64,000 nt of DNA. Origin: Tubiluchus corallicola. Its lineage: Eukaryota; Animalia; Priapulida. The position numbers and the translations under genes were made by a program. The stretch lies in NCBI GenBank assembly GCA_030141605.1, contig JAQGDQ010000442.1, forward strand, positions 1-64,000, read 5' to 3'. Shown here piece after piece: positions 1 through 11,396 of this stretch (positions are counted from its first letter, which is position 1; each line of letters begins with the position of its first letter). The notes below the pieces were generated by a model. The model did not search any database. It saw nothing but the letters and a program-made list of their open reading frames with translations, and was not told the DNA's origin.

Positions 1-1150
1 TTACTTTTTTTCCATACAAATCACTCCAAACAAGGCGGGTAGTATCTCGATGTGAGATCAAAGTACTAATACACATTCAGAGAAATTGTTATAAGTAATT
101 TACTAGAGATAAGAAGAATTGCTTAAGGTTTCTTGAAGCGGGCTAGATTGTAGTTAACAGAAACAATTACCTCGTGAAGAATTCCATAGAAAGGAGGTCC
201 GAGGGTTTTCTGCATTTATAAAGTATGAGAAGCAGTAGAGCAGTGGTGGAAGAACTCTCGTTACATACAAATTTTACTATAAATATGAAAATAAGTTTAC
301 ATTTACATTGTATGTAACATTTTAACATGCTAATAAAAATAATAGTAACTTTATTTACGTGTATTAAATACTTACCACAGTATCTGCATGAGATTGTACT
401 CAAAATCTAACTGCACATAATGCTTCCGGAGAGCGTAAAATATCTACATAAAAAGATGTGATAGCTCTTGTGATATTTTCCAAAGTTTGCTGCCTTTTCA
501 CTTCAAAAAAACATCTTTACTTTAATGTAAATTTAAACACCAAATCTCTTATATCATTCTTGGTATTAGCACTAAAAGCATGTAAACACACTAATCTTTC
601 ATAAACTTTCACTAGTCAATAAACATCAGTCGCGGACTTCGCATTACGTGGGTTGATTGAAGCCAGACTCCTCGGCGGTCGACTGCGCATGCGCCAAGAT
701 GAGCAAATTTGCAACTTTCAGCTACAAACAGGAACCAGCATTAGCGGGTACAAGAAACGTTTGACAAGCCGTATTATATTACAACATTTTAACTGCCTAT
801 TGTTGGCCAAAATAGCAATAAGCCAGATACGCAAAAGGCACGTTCACATTTACTACACACGTTCACACGACCGTCTATGAAATTGACTTGTTTTCTTGAA
901 GTAATTTAGAGAAATTTTGCTGTGACTAACGCTGTGTTAATAATTAACCCTTAGCAGACCAAGGGGATTTTGTATTACAATAAATACCAAACGAGGTAAA
1001 AAAAATTACCCCATGAAAATTTTGCTTAACATGTGTTACTAATTGGATGGATAGAATGACCAATTAGCAATCAAGGTGCCCAAACCAAGTTCTGGGTCAA
1101 GTTATATGAGATAGAATGAGTAAAATAATTCGTTGTGTGAAGCTGGTTAT

Positions 1151-1670
1151 TGGTGTTTTAGGGATGGCAAAACTATGAAGAGTCTGATTATAAAACTACA
1201 CGTTTATTGAACAACAAACACAATAAATATAACAGATAGTAATGCCAAGCCCCCTGATCTAGCTTGCTCTCCTTCAGCTCCCAGACTCAATCCCCTGAGC
1301 TGGGCGCATCTCAAGGCTTATATATAGAGCGCCGAGCTTCGACGCCTTGACGCCTACGCTTCGGTTCTGAATCACTTGCTCTCGTGACACCACACCTTAA
1401 CTGGGCTTCATGCCAGCATTCATCAACATAATTATCTATCATAATCTAGCGCTTTTAACATAGTTTAACAGGTCCTCTTTACTGAATGGACACAAAGAGG
1501 CGTTTCACTGCTGCACTATAGGTTTATCAGGTCTTGTGACATAATAGCCTCTTGATGTTTACTGAGGCATCTACATCGTCTTCACTTACTGAATCATTTA
1601 AAATTTCATCTTCATCAGCTTCAAGCTTAGCCACCTGTATAGCAAAAGTTCCCATCACTTTACTAAACGA
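1151..1670 (-). mobile_element. Probable 3' end of an LTR (Gypsy-like) retrotransposon: LTR about 1151-1394 plus decayed pol tail
   Basis: Minus strand reads TGTGGTGT...AACACCA, with a TATA-like motif (about 1318-1326) followed by AATAAA (about 1203-1208). The adjacent minus-strand peptide TSRGYYVTRP resembles the TRSGR-type pol tail. No TSD confirmed. Confidence 0.4.
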
Positions 1671-1671
1671 A

Positions 1672-1940
1672 CCAGACGGTTTAGTCTAGTGGTAATGCGT
1701 CTGTTTTCCGTCTGGGAGGTCGTGAGTTCGAACCAACGGCCGGGTCATACCAAAGACTTTAAAAACGGGTTCCTGCTTTGTCCTGCCTGACGCGTTGTAT
1801 TTAGGGTAAAAGTGGGGTAATAATAGTCTCTGTTATGTAGTTGTAGGTTGTTATTTACAGTCGGCGATAATAGCTCTTTGAGCTAATGTTAATTGTTGAC
1901 ACAAAAGCCGACTTTAAATAAATATTATTATTATTATTAT
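1672..1940 (+). mobile_element. tRNA-derived SINE, copy 1 (Meta/MESC-like central domain), (TTA)n tail
   Basis: A box TAGTCTAGTGG, B box GTTCGAACC, then GGTCATACCAAAGACTTTAAAA; ends in (TTA)n. Homologous copies at 8829-9101 and 63029-63278. Confidence 0.85.
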
Positions 1941-1952
1941 TGTTGTAGTTGC

Positions 1953-2006
<54 letters not shown>

Positions 2007-2023
2007 GATGATGATGATGATGA
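1922..2023. repeat. (TTA)n/(TGA)n microsatellite (SINE tail)
   Basis: Direct reading of the sequence. Confidence 0.95.
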
Positions 2024-2536
2024 TTGTCCACAAAATTTAATATGAAATTTCCTCAACAGATCGTTAGAAAATCACTTTGCAGAACTGCAGGCTGCAATTG
2101 GAAGGTGGGCAACACTTCTTGGTTGTCAAGGTCAGCACATTGTGTTGCCAGAAAGAAAAATACAACTATGTAACCTCAAAAATTTTGCTTACAGTAAAAA
2201 TCAAGTGGGGTAGTAAGTTAGCCCACATCAGATAGCACGTTGCACTCGTGCTTTGCAAAAAAAGCACAAATAATAGCTTTCAACAAAAGCAAGGTATGGT
2301 TACATAAAAAAATGAAAACTATTTAATCAGTAGTAGTGTGTCAGTTTTTCGTTGTGCGCATCAATATAAAAAACGTGAACAAACACAGCTGGGGGAGCTT
2401 TTTACCCCACCGTCGTAGGCTAAGGGTAAAAACACTTTGGGTTAGGTAAGGAATTCTGGAGTTAAAGAGAGAGTGATGGACAGAGTGAGTGAACAGACGT
2501 GTTTGCAGGATCAAAGCTGACCTCTGGACGACATCA

Positions 2537-4220
2537 GTTTTAGGTTGGATGTGTAGGCTGAATTTGGATATGAGAAGAGGAAGATCTGTCCAGCACTCTG
2601 CACCTCTCATTGCTTTGGTCACCCTCACGTCTTGCCGATCTTTCTTCCTGACGATGATGTAGTCTAGCAAGTGCCAATGTTTTGATCTTGGATGCATCCA
2701 GGTTGTTTTATTGCACTTGGGAAGACGGAATAGTGCGTTTGTGATGATGAGTTCATGGGTTGCACACGCCTGTAATAGCAGGATCCCACTGCTGTTACAT
2801 TTTCCCACTTCCTGTGTGCCAATAACTCCTTCCCATGCTTGGTGATCTGTACCCACTCTAGCATTGAAATCTCCAAGTAGTATGAGCTTGTCTGATGTTG
2901 GAACATTTACGATGGTAGCATCTAGCTCTTCATAAAATATGTCCTTGACGTCATCTGGGTTGGTCATGGTTGGGGTATAGGCACTTATGAGTGTAGCTTT
3001 CTTCTCTTTCCTGAGGGGTAGTTGGAGAGTCATAAGCCGGGCATTGATGCCATCTGGAAGTTTTAAGAGGTTCTTCACAAGGCCATTTCTGACTGCAAAT
3101 CCAACTCCTTCCTCTCTTTTCTCACCTGATGGTCTCCCACTCCAAAAGAAAGTGGCCGCCAGCTTCAGAGAGTTGTCCTTTCTCTGCAAGGCGTGTTTCG
3201 CTGAGGGCAGCTATGTCAATTTTGTATCTTTGTAATTCTTTTGCTATAAGAGCAGTTCTTCTTTCAGGTCTGTTGGTGTTGCCATTGTTGAGTAGTGTCC
3301 TGACGTTCCAGGCACTCAGTGTTAGTGTTATTTTTCTCTTGTTCTTTCGACAGCACAAATGGGATTTCCCGCCAGCCGCAGCTTGCTGGACCAGGAAAGT
3401 GTTGAGGCTATGTTTGGGACACCTTTTCTCTAGTGAGCAGAGTGTTCCTAAAGAGGGCTGTTCAGTCGCCCAGGGGGCTGCCGAACTCCGCTGCTGCCTC
3501 GGTCAGTTGAGAGCGACCACATGCCCTGAGCCGGCTGTGTGTAGATTTATGACTACAGCTTGAGTGTAATCCGCACTTGCTGGCTCGCCACTCCCCCATC
3601 GCCACAGGACTTTGAATTTTTGGTGGTGACCTGTCATCATGACTTGTGCGTGACTTAGTTTAAAGTGAGGGAGGGATTGCACCAGGTCGCCAGCCTCACT
3701 CTCTCCACGCCAGGTGGTGACCTGTCATCATGACTTGTGCGTGACTTGGTTTAAAGTGAGGGAGGGATTGCACCAGGTCGCCAGCCTCACTCTCTCCTCG
3801 CCAGGTGGTGAGCTGTCATCATGACTTGTGCGTGACTTGGTTTAAAGTGAGGGAGGGATTGCACCAGGTCGCCAGCCTCACTCTCTCCTCGCCAGGTGGC
3901 GACCTGTCATCATGACTTGTGCGTGACTTGGTTTAAAGTGAGGGAGGGATTGCACCAGGTCGCCAGCCAGAAGTATGATCCATGGGAAAGGCAGAGCCAG
4001 TACATCTGGTACTTCAGGCGCCGCAGGAGTTGTCGGAATCATGGTGCTATGCAACATGACTCGCCTATAGGGACTCCAGCTCCGGATTTTTCCTTGGGGT
4101 TTACTCCCGAAGCCTTTCTCACGGAGGGTGTAGCCACAAGGCAGTGGAGGTTTGTGATCAGTGTTTTCCTTCACCTACATGGATTGCCGGCCAAGGCTAA
4201 GGAGCCCCATCTACCCCCAA
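2537..4220 (-). mobile_element. RTE-clade (BovB-like) LINE: 5' UTR plus frameshifted AP-endonuclease domain, 3'-truncated
   Basis: Peptides AWNVRTL, IDIAALSETR, EEGVGFAV, ISAYTPT, ILLGDFNARVG, TTWMHPRSKHWHLLDYIIV are APE-type endonuclease motifs, split between ORFs 3122-3358 and 2341-3189 by a frameshift near 3190. The RTE-type 5' motif GGGTAGATGGGGCTC...GAAGGAAAAC lies near 4215-4165. No RT domain is present. Confidence 0.92.
3622..3968. repeat. 91-bp tandem repeat (about 3.8 copies) inside the RTE 5' UTR
   Basis: Units start at 3622, 3713, 3804 and 3895 and are nearly identical. Confidence 0.95.
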
Positions 4221-5985
4221 TGATTTACACACAATCAAATTCAACGATTTATACTTCATAAACGTAATCAAGCAATCCTTTAAAAGTTGGCTGATAAAAT
4301 TCCTTTGATGTGTCGAAGTTTCATCAGTAAAATGCTGATATTTTTAAACTTATGTTGTTTTTACGGCTGCAGTGCGTTATGTGCGTCATTCTGATATATA
4401 GATCGCAATATGTACAGGGTGTGTCATAAATAACTACACACAGTGCCGAAACATAGATAGATCGCAATATGTACAGGGTGTGTCATAAATAACTATACAC
4501 TCTATATTTTCTACATTTTTACAACAAGCAACGCAGCATGTTTGAAAATTGCACATATGAACTGAAACTTGGGTAATTTTTTCGTCAAATTAGACAATAA
4601 ATTGGAAAGAAATACTACAGAGGTACGAATTTGATATTCATACTAGTTTGAACATATTTATTTTAGAACCTTTGAACAAAACGGTGAAACTGTTACAGAA
4701 AATCCTCTGCTTTCAGAGATAATACAAGGACAATACATGAAAGACAAAGCGCTGAATTCATATTTACGTAACAATTAAACGAGCTTCTTAATTAATAAAT
4801 GAAGACAGTCGTATCTAATGCATAAATAATAAATATATTAATAATAAATATATAATAATAAATAACGAATGAATAGTAATACAACATTACCAACTGAACG
4901 TATTGAATTTATCTCACTTTAAAACGTTTAGAGTCTCTAATGTAACTGTGTACAGCAGTAAATGTTCTACAATTTATTAACCATTTCATATCCGTTGTAT
5001 CCCGTGGAATACGAGAATATTTTCTGCCTTTAAAATTAATAAAATTTTAAAACGGACAGTTATTTGATCTGTTAATAGTTATTTTGATTTAAGAAAATAG
5101 ACTAAAAATGGTGATAAAATGGCAAACTAGAAAATCTACATAACATAAAAAACTGCGCAATGTACAGTACTTTAGAGACGACTTTGTACAGATCAGCATA
5201 GCATGCATACTAAATGTCTTAAATACTTTAAAAAATCATCAGCAGTTGCAAAATGAAGCACATTTTATGCTTCCATTGAATCCCAATGTATCGCGTGGGA
5301 TACAGGCTATATTTAGCACGCGGGCACAGGTAGAAAAAAATTATTATGTGTAAATAAGATGGACATACTGAACAAAAGTACCAAGCCAAAAAAATTTTTC
5401 TTATTAAAAAAATAATTTGGGACTGAAAGGGTTAAGGTATTATTGACCTGGAGGGCATTAAGCAAGACATCCATTTTGACTTTATTATTCAAGTTTTTTT
5501 AAAAATGTTCAAGGTCTTCATTGAAAAACTGATTCGATATTCATAACAACGTACAATACATTTCCAGGTCTTCAAACCACCATTTTCAGGGACATCGAGA
5601 GCTTTAGAGGCCAATACAAAGAGAAATCGGGCATCTTGGATTGAGAAAGTCTCTCACAGCTCTTGAGTGGTGAGGATACACTGCACTTTTTGGGGAAACT
5701 ACATTGTTAGTAATGAGGGAACAGTGTGGTCCACATCGTGCTCTGAATTCAGCCTATAAATTAACCTATAAAAATTATATAAACAATTGTAAATATAGTC
5801 TGTATTAGTGTTGTGTGTCAGTCAGCTTTGTTTCGTTTTAAATTAAAGCCGTCTGCGTTTGTGTATCATTATCAGTCGATCTTTTATTTATGTAACTCTA
5901 TATATATCTGTGATATGTCTTAATATATTCAAACAACTCCCAGCAAATAGAGAGACACCTTCGTGTATATACTTAAATAAAGATG

Positions 5986-6051
5986 TATAATAACAACAAC
6001 AATAATAATAATAATGATAATACCAATAATAATAATAATAATGATGATGAC

Positions 6052-6099
<48 letters not shown>

Positions 6100-6134
6100 A
6101 ATAATAATAATAATAATTATAATAATAATAACAA
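5986..6134. repeat. (TAA)n/(TGA)n compound microsatellite
   Basis: Direct reading; explains the poly-N/D/H/I pseudo-ORFs. Confidence 0.95.
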
Positions 6135-6577
6135 TCATTTCTGTAAACTATATACATTTTTGTCAAACGTGACGTCATCATTTCACTGTCAGAATAATGA
6201 GCTTTAAAGTATAATTGTCCAGATAAGTGAAAGGACTACAAACCATCATTATCTCTTGCGTCCAATTTGAATTTCAATTCAGCATTTTGTCCATTAAGCC
6301 GTATTGTTTGATGCCTGGCTTCGTCACGTGACTACATGGCTTCAGCTTTGTGTGACGGCCGCCTACATTGGCTAATTGCACGCTTAGAGACACCAGACAA
6401 AACGCGAATTGTCAACTAATTTTATTTCCGCAATTTTAGCGTTGGATTTCATGGTGTGGCGAGGAAGCGAACATTTGTTTTGTTGAAAAGCGAATTCGCA
6501 GCGCGCCCGTATCTGTTTCGTTCCGGGTTTTTTAAATACCGCAAAAGCAGCTGTTAGATCTTTGGAAAACTGAAGAA

Positions 6578-6950
6578 TAGGGGTGAGATTCTCTACCAGA
6601 AAGCGAATTCGAATCGTATCGAGTTTTGTGACTTTCGAATTGGAATCGAACCGAACATCAGTATTTCGAATTCGAATTGAAATGTTTTCGAACAAGTTTT
6701 TGAACCACCAGTAAAAATTAGTCTTACAAAGATCATGCATATTACTTGATTCGTTCTGAAATACAATCATTAATAATTTTTTATAAATTGTGCCAGAAGT
6801 CACAGCTAAATTACGCTATTTGCATGATGTTTCAATCGTGTTAGTGATAAAGTATGAATGTGATTGCACTGGTGAATTATTCGAATCTATGGTTTTTGGT
6901 TCGAATCGAATTTGAACTAAATAAACTCGAACGATCGATGCTCACCCCTA
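6578..6950. mobile_element. hAT-type non-autonomous DNA transposon (MITE)
   Basis: TIR TAGGGGTGAG...CTCACCCCTA; 8-bp TSD CTGAAGAA/CTGAAGAG; TTCGAA-rich subterminal motifs. Related copy at about 25727-26120. Confidence 0.85.
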
Positions 6951-8004
6951 CTGAAGAGTAGATTATTGTCTATAGAGTAAACAGCAAAATGTACAGAAGC
7001 TTGATGGGAGTGCTGCCATTTGTAAACTCGGGGGGAAGGGGGAGGGAGGGGGGTGCAACTCTGCTGTGCTTTGCTGACAGAATGTCTGCTACTAGTTTAA
7101 GCCTTTTATTTATTATATTTCTACTGAAAATGTTCTGATGACCGCTGGTCACTGGTTACTAAACGTCAACAGCTTACGATACGAAGTCTCACCGTCTCTC
7201 ACTCTGGACGTTCCTAGACGCAGAATGCCTGCTAAAGACTTCGTATTCCTTTCGGGCATCTTATCTATGGACGTCTTCATCAGAAACATTGTTTCCGTAA
7301 AATTCAACTTTTCTGTTCAAGAAAAATGCCAAACAAATGCCGTCTATCATTGACAACTTAGTTACTGTTAATGATAGTAACTTAGATTATTAGACTTACA
7401 GTCTTTCTTTGGACCTCCATTTTACTTCCATATTTCCGAATTTCCTGTCGATTCTCCATAAAGCTCTGGGAAGCCACTTATAAAAGTAACTAAAGAAGCT
7501 TTGTGTGCAAATAGTTGTTGAATAGAATTTCGTTTGCTGACCGCTGGTGCTAATTCACTGGACAGAGAAGAGCTTTCACGTCTAATTGAGTCTGTTGTGG
7601 AGAATTCTTCTATTAACAGTTTACTCACTACTAGTGTGACAAAATGACAGCGTGAACGTGAAGAAAAGGTTCTAGCATGTTTGTCTGAATTGCAACAACT
7701 TTCTTCAGGCAATCAACGTCCATTTCTGAATCAAATGCGCTCTCATTTGTCAACTGACTATGTATGTAGTACAAGTACTAGATGTTGTAAGACTATTAAG
7801 CAAGCTAGCAAGTTTTTTCTTTTCTTTTTTCTCCTCATCTCCTAAGTAATTGTTGCTCTTTCTCATACTAACTTTTTCTCATAAATTTTTCTATATTACA
7901 CTTTTTGATGCTTTTTTTTCTTTCCATACTCTCAGTTTTTAACTTTACTCACTAACCTTGGTCAAATTCCCCTGTTAATAAGACCCCATTTGAAACTACT
8001 ACAT

Positions 8005-8339
8005 ATAGTAATCCTAATCACTGAATAATCGTATTGTTTTGTTTGGATTTTGGTATCTAACTTTATTATTTTTTGTTTTCAGTTCTTTTTGGATAATTTG
8101 TTAAATTTATACTGTTTTTATTATTTTTTTTCTTAATTGTTTTTGTTATCTGCAGCATCACTGTTTAATTTTTAATATACTAATGTACCTATAAGAAAGG
8201 GCAGGAGACTAGATGACCCTATGGTCCTTCCCTGCCCTGCTCCATGATTATAATTACTTAATATTTAAAAAACTTTTGATGTTAGTCTAATTGGAGAAAA
8301 TAAATGTTCTATGTCTAAAAAAAATGTCTATGTCTATGT
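8005..8339 (+). mobile_element. 3' UTR fragment of a non-LTR retroelement (CR1/L2-type hairpin + AATAAA + (TCTATG)n tail)
   Basis: Hairpin AGGGCAGG...CCTGCCCT at about 8198-8239, AATAAA at about 8299, then a TCTATG tail. A close inverted copy lies at 55708-56045. Confidence 0.75.
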
Positions 8340-8711
8340 TGTCACTAACTGCAAGCAAGGCTGGCAGTACGGTACAGTACGAAAACACACCGTACTTCCG
8401 TACCGTTCTGTAATTCCGTATCAATTTTCGTACCACGTTCATGTAAGATCTACTATAAAAAGATAAAGAGTGGCACAATAGTTAATTGTAAAAATAATAA
8501 GTTTATCAATTGTTGTTATGAATTTATGCATATTATAAAAACAGAAGTGCTGTTTGAACTTTCTATTTGAGTTGTAACTAAATAAACAAAATTATCAATA
8601 ACAAACTCACAAATTTGCTTTTTCGCTGATACAGATATTGATTATCTTTGATATTAAATCTTTAGTCGTGTTCCTTTAAAAAATTCTACTGCACTGTGCT
8701 GCGTTGTCTAT

Positions 8712-8720
8712 AATAATAAC

Positions 8721-8806
<86 letters not shown>

Positions 8807-8828
8807 TAATAATAATAATAATAATAAT
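8712..8828. repeat. (TAA)n microsatellite (tail of the minus-strand SINE)
   Basis: Direct reading. Confidence 0.95.
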
Positions 8829-9101
8829 CTTTATTTAAAGTCGGCTTTTGGGTCAACAATTAACATTAGCTCACAGAGCTATTATCGCCGACTGTAAATG
8901 ACAACCTGCAACTAGTGGCCAACTACATAACAGAGCTTACCCCACTTTTACCCTAAATACCACGCCTCAGGCAGGGCAACAGCATGTACCATTTTTAAAG
9001 TCTTATGACTCGGGTATAACCTTGGTATTACACGGCCGCTGGTTCGAACTCACGACCTCCCAGACGGAAAGCAGACGCATTACCACTAGACTAAACCGTC
9101 T
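8829..9101 (-). mobile_element. tRNA-derived SINE, copy 2
   Basis: Reverse complement of the 1672-1940 element (AGACGGTTTAGTCTAGTGGTAATGCG...GTTCGAACC). Confidence 0.85.
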
Positions 9102-9842
9102 AATTCTATATACGCAAAGCAAACCCAATGTAGTGGTCACTCAAATTAGTTTATTTTTGTCTTCCTGTTTTGTTGAGGGGTGTGAAATTGATGGCATTTC
9201 TACTATAGATGCGAATGTAATTAAAGTGAATTAAAACTGTGCGTATTTGAAAAAAAATTGACTTTAAACAAATCGAAGGTGCAAAACTACTTATGTAATA
9301 ATGTAGTACCATGCCAGCAAATTTTTTGATGGACAGTCGTAAATTGTAATTTCTACGAAGAATTCAAAATTCCTAATCACTTGTTATACAAAAGAAGGTT
9401 ATACGTAATGAATGACTCAGATGTTGATTTAAGAATAAACTATCAAGCACTTTTTGTTTTGCTTTTAATGTAAAAATGGAAGTTAGAAAAGCATTAATTA
9501 TTTTTATGAATGTGCAAGCAAAGATGGTGATATGTACAATGGATTTTTGTTTTTTAAATTACTAGCAAAATTTATTTCTTACTGTGTTAAATCTTTGTAG
9601 TAAAGATGCATTGCTGTATAAATTTTTTATTCGAATGAAATAATAATAATACGACTCAAAATTGAGACATGGGAGACCAATCTAGAGTGGTATACTTACA
9701 ACATATGTATGCGCCGCTCTGAGACTTGCATGCTGGCGGTATCTATAGGAGAAATTCAGAAAACATCGTTGCGACAAAAAGACACTTGCGTGATAACCAG
9801 GCATGATTCATCTGCAGTGCTAAGCAGTTTCAAAGGCAAGTT

Positions 9843-9916
9843 GGCCGGTTAGCTCAGTCGGTTAGAGCGTGGTGCTAATAACGCTAAGGTCGCGGGTTCG
9901 ACCCCCGTACTGGCCA
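9843..9916 (+). tRNA. tRNA-Ile (anticodon AAT)
   Basis: GGCCGGTTAGCTCAGTCGGTTAGAGCGTGGTGCTAATAACGCTAAGGTCGCGGGTTCGACCCCCGTACTGGCCA folds as a full cloverleaf (acceptor GGCCGGT/ACTGGCC, loop CTAATAA). A TTTT Pol III terminator follows at 9921-9924. Confidence 0.93.
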
Positions 9917-10862
9917 GTAATTTTGTCGCTTAGAAATACAAAGTTCTGTTCAGCCTCAATGAAGAACTCCATGGATTCTGCTTATAGAGACGAACTATGA
10001 TAGTACGTACCACACATTAGCTAGAGCAAATCATTTCTTTGTTTACACAACAAAATTTAAATTATCTATTATTTATAATAATTTGCCATTTTTTGTTACA
10101 ACAGGTTCCGTTACACATTAAAGATAAACACAAGTTTAAGCTGTTCAAGTTTATACGTGATCACACAGGAAAAGTACATAAAAAGTATTACTGTTGAAGT
10201 AAGATGTCTATGTTGCCTGAATTTTGTTTAAATGAAAAACTTATAATACATGTACATATTTTATGTGCAAAGTTAAAACATGCAAGCAAGGTTAGTAATA
10301 AAATAAAAGGAAATAACAACACACAAGCATTTCGAATACATATTATTCAGTCAACAGGGTTAGTAACGTTTGATCAATTTCATCCGTTGTAAAATTCTTT
10401 AGAATGATAAGACTAGTAAAGTTCATGTGTTAATTTATCTAAATCTGTTTAAAATCCCATTCTTTCAAATGCTGTAATACGTAGACATAAATAGTCTATT
10501 TTTACCAAGTATCAAAAAAACCTTGAGTATTTCTTCAGTATTGATAATGCTTTAAGAATACAACTGTATCGCATCATTTACAATGTTAAAAAGTCTAACA
10601 GAGTGATGGATAGAATAAGAGAATCTTGGAGTAAAGATAATCAAGGTCACACACAGGAGAATGAAAGCACATGGCTTAAATGAGACAGACATGACTGAAT
10701 TAGACCAAACAAGAATTATTTAAAATATTAAGATAATAATAATCAGTTATGATGAAAGTCAAAGGTAAAAGGTCATCAAAAGGTCACAAATGGCAAACTG
10801 CACAGCAGTGTGCAGTGTTAGAAAGGAAACAAGAGGCTTAATTTGTTGACTATCATGAGCAA

Positions 10863-11396
10863 CACGTTGAAAACATCGGTTCCCGTCCGATAACCGAAGT
10901 TAAGTAATGCAGAACCTGGTTAGTACATGGATAGGTGACCGCTTAGGAATACCAGGTGCTGTAAGCTTGCGGGATGCCCACACTGTATCTCGGCACTAGG
11001 CGGAGGAGCTGCACAAGCAGCCAACGGCTAGAGGACGGAGGAGGTCAAGTGACCCAGCGGCCATGTGTAGAGCAGTAAACCTTCCAAATCAGGAGTGGAG
11101 CCCCGAAGGCGGACCAGTGCAGCATGCTCAACTACTCCGGCAGCTCCTGCAGCCAATCTGGTGCCAAACGTATTGCTCCGCTTTCCTTTGGACTACACTA
11201 GGGATGAAGAGAGGGGGTTCCTGTTGTCTGGGCAACTCAGGATCTCCATACACCTTGCCCAGGCGTGCGCCCTGAAGATGTTCAAGGATCGCACTGCTCA
11301 GCCACAGTCGACGCTGCAGCTCCATCAATGTGATCAATAACTGACTCTCTTGGCGCACACTCCATTGTCTTCAGAGACAGAAGGATGCCAACAACA
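10863..11396 (+). mobile_element. 5S rRNA-derived SINE (SINE3) with RTE-like body and (CAA)n tail, copy 1
   Basis: 5'-clipped 5S head at about 10863-10968 (CACGTTGAAAAC...GTTAGTAC...GGTGACCGC...GAATACC), a body of about 430 bp, and a tail GAAGGATGCCAACAACAA. 15-bp TSD ATCA(T/G)GAGCAACACG at 10852-10866 and 11397-11411. Confidence 0.9.

Noticed and set aside
171-443. Selenoprotein reading (in-frame TGA) of two small minus-strand exon candidates
   Set aside because: No recognisable Sec motif or family and no SECIS is visible; the frame choice is arbitrary.
683-693. NRF1-like TGCGCATGCGC as a promoter marker
   Set aside because: The same motif recurs inside MITEs (about 49580, 52082 and 55605), so it is not diagnostic on its own.
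4140-4240. HDV-like ribozyme at the RTE 5' end or at the SINE head-body junction
   Set aside because: Some RTEs carry one, but I could not build the nested double pseudoknot (P1/P1.1/P2/P3, J4/2 C) by eye. A descriptor-based search would be needed.
5888-6207. Poly-H/I/N/D, (STVQY)n, (ER)n/(SL)n and poly-M ORFs (5.9, 14.5, 16.3, 28.0, 37.5, 47-48 and 50.8 kb)
   Set aside because: They are translations of microsatellites with no coding evidence.
11063-11358. Recurrent ORFs such as MEPRRRTSAACS and MELQRRLWLSS (also at 39.7, 41.8 and 61.8 kb) as a small gene family
   Set aside because: They are translations of the GC-rich SINE body; frames differ among copies because of indels.
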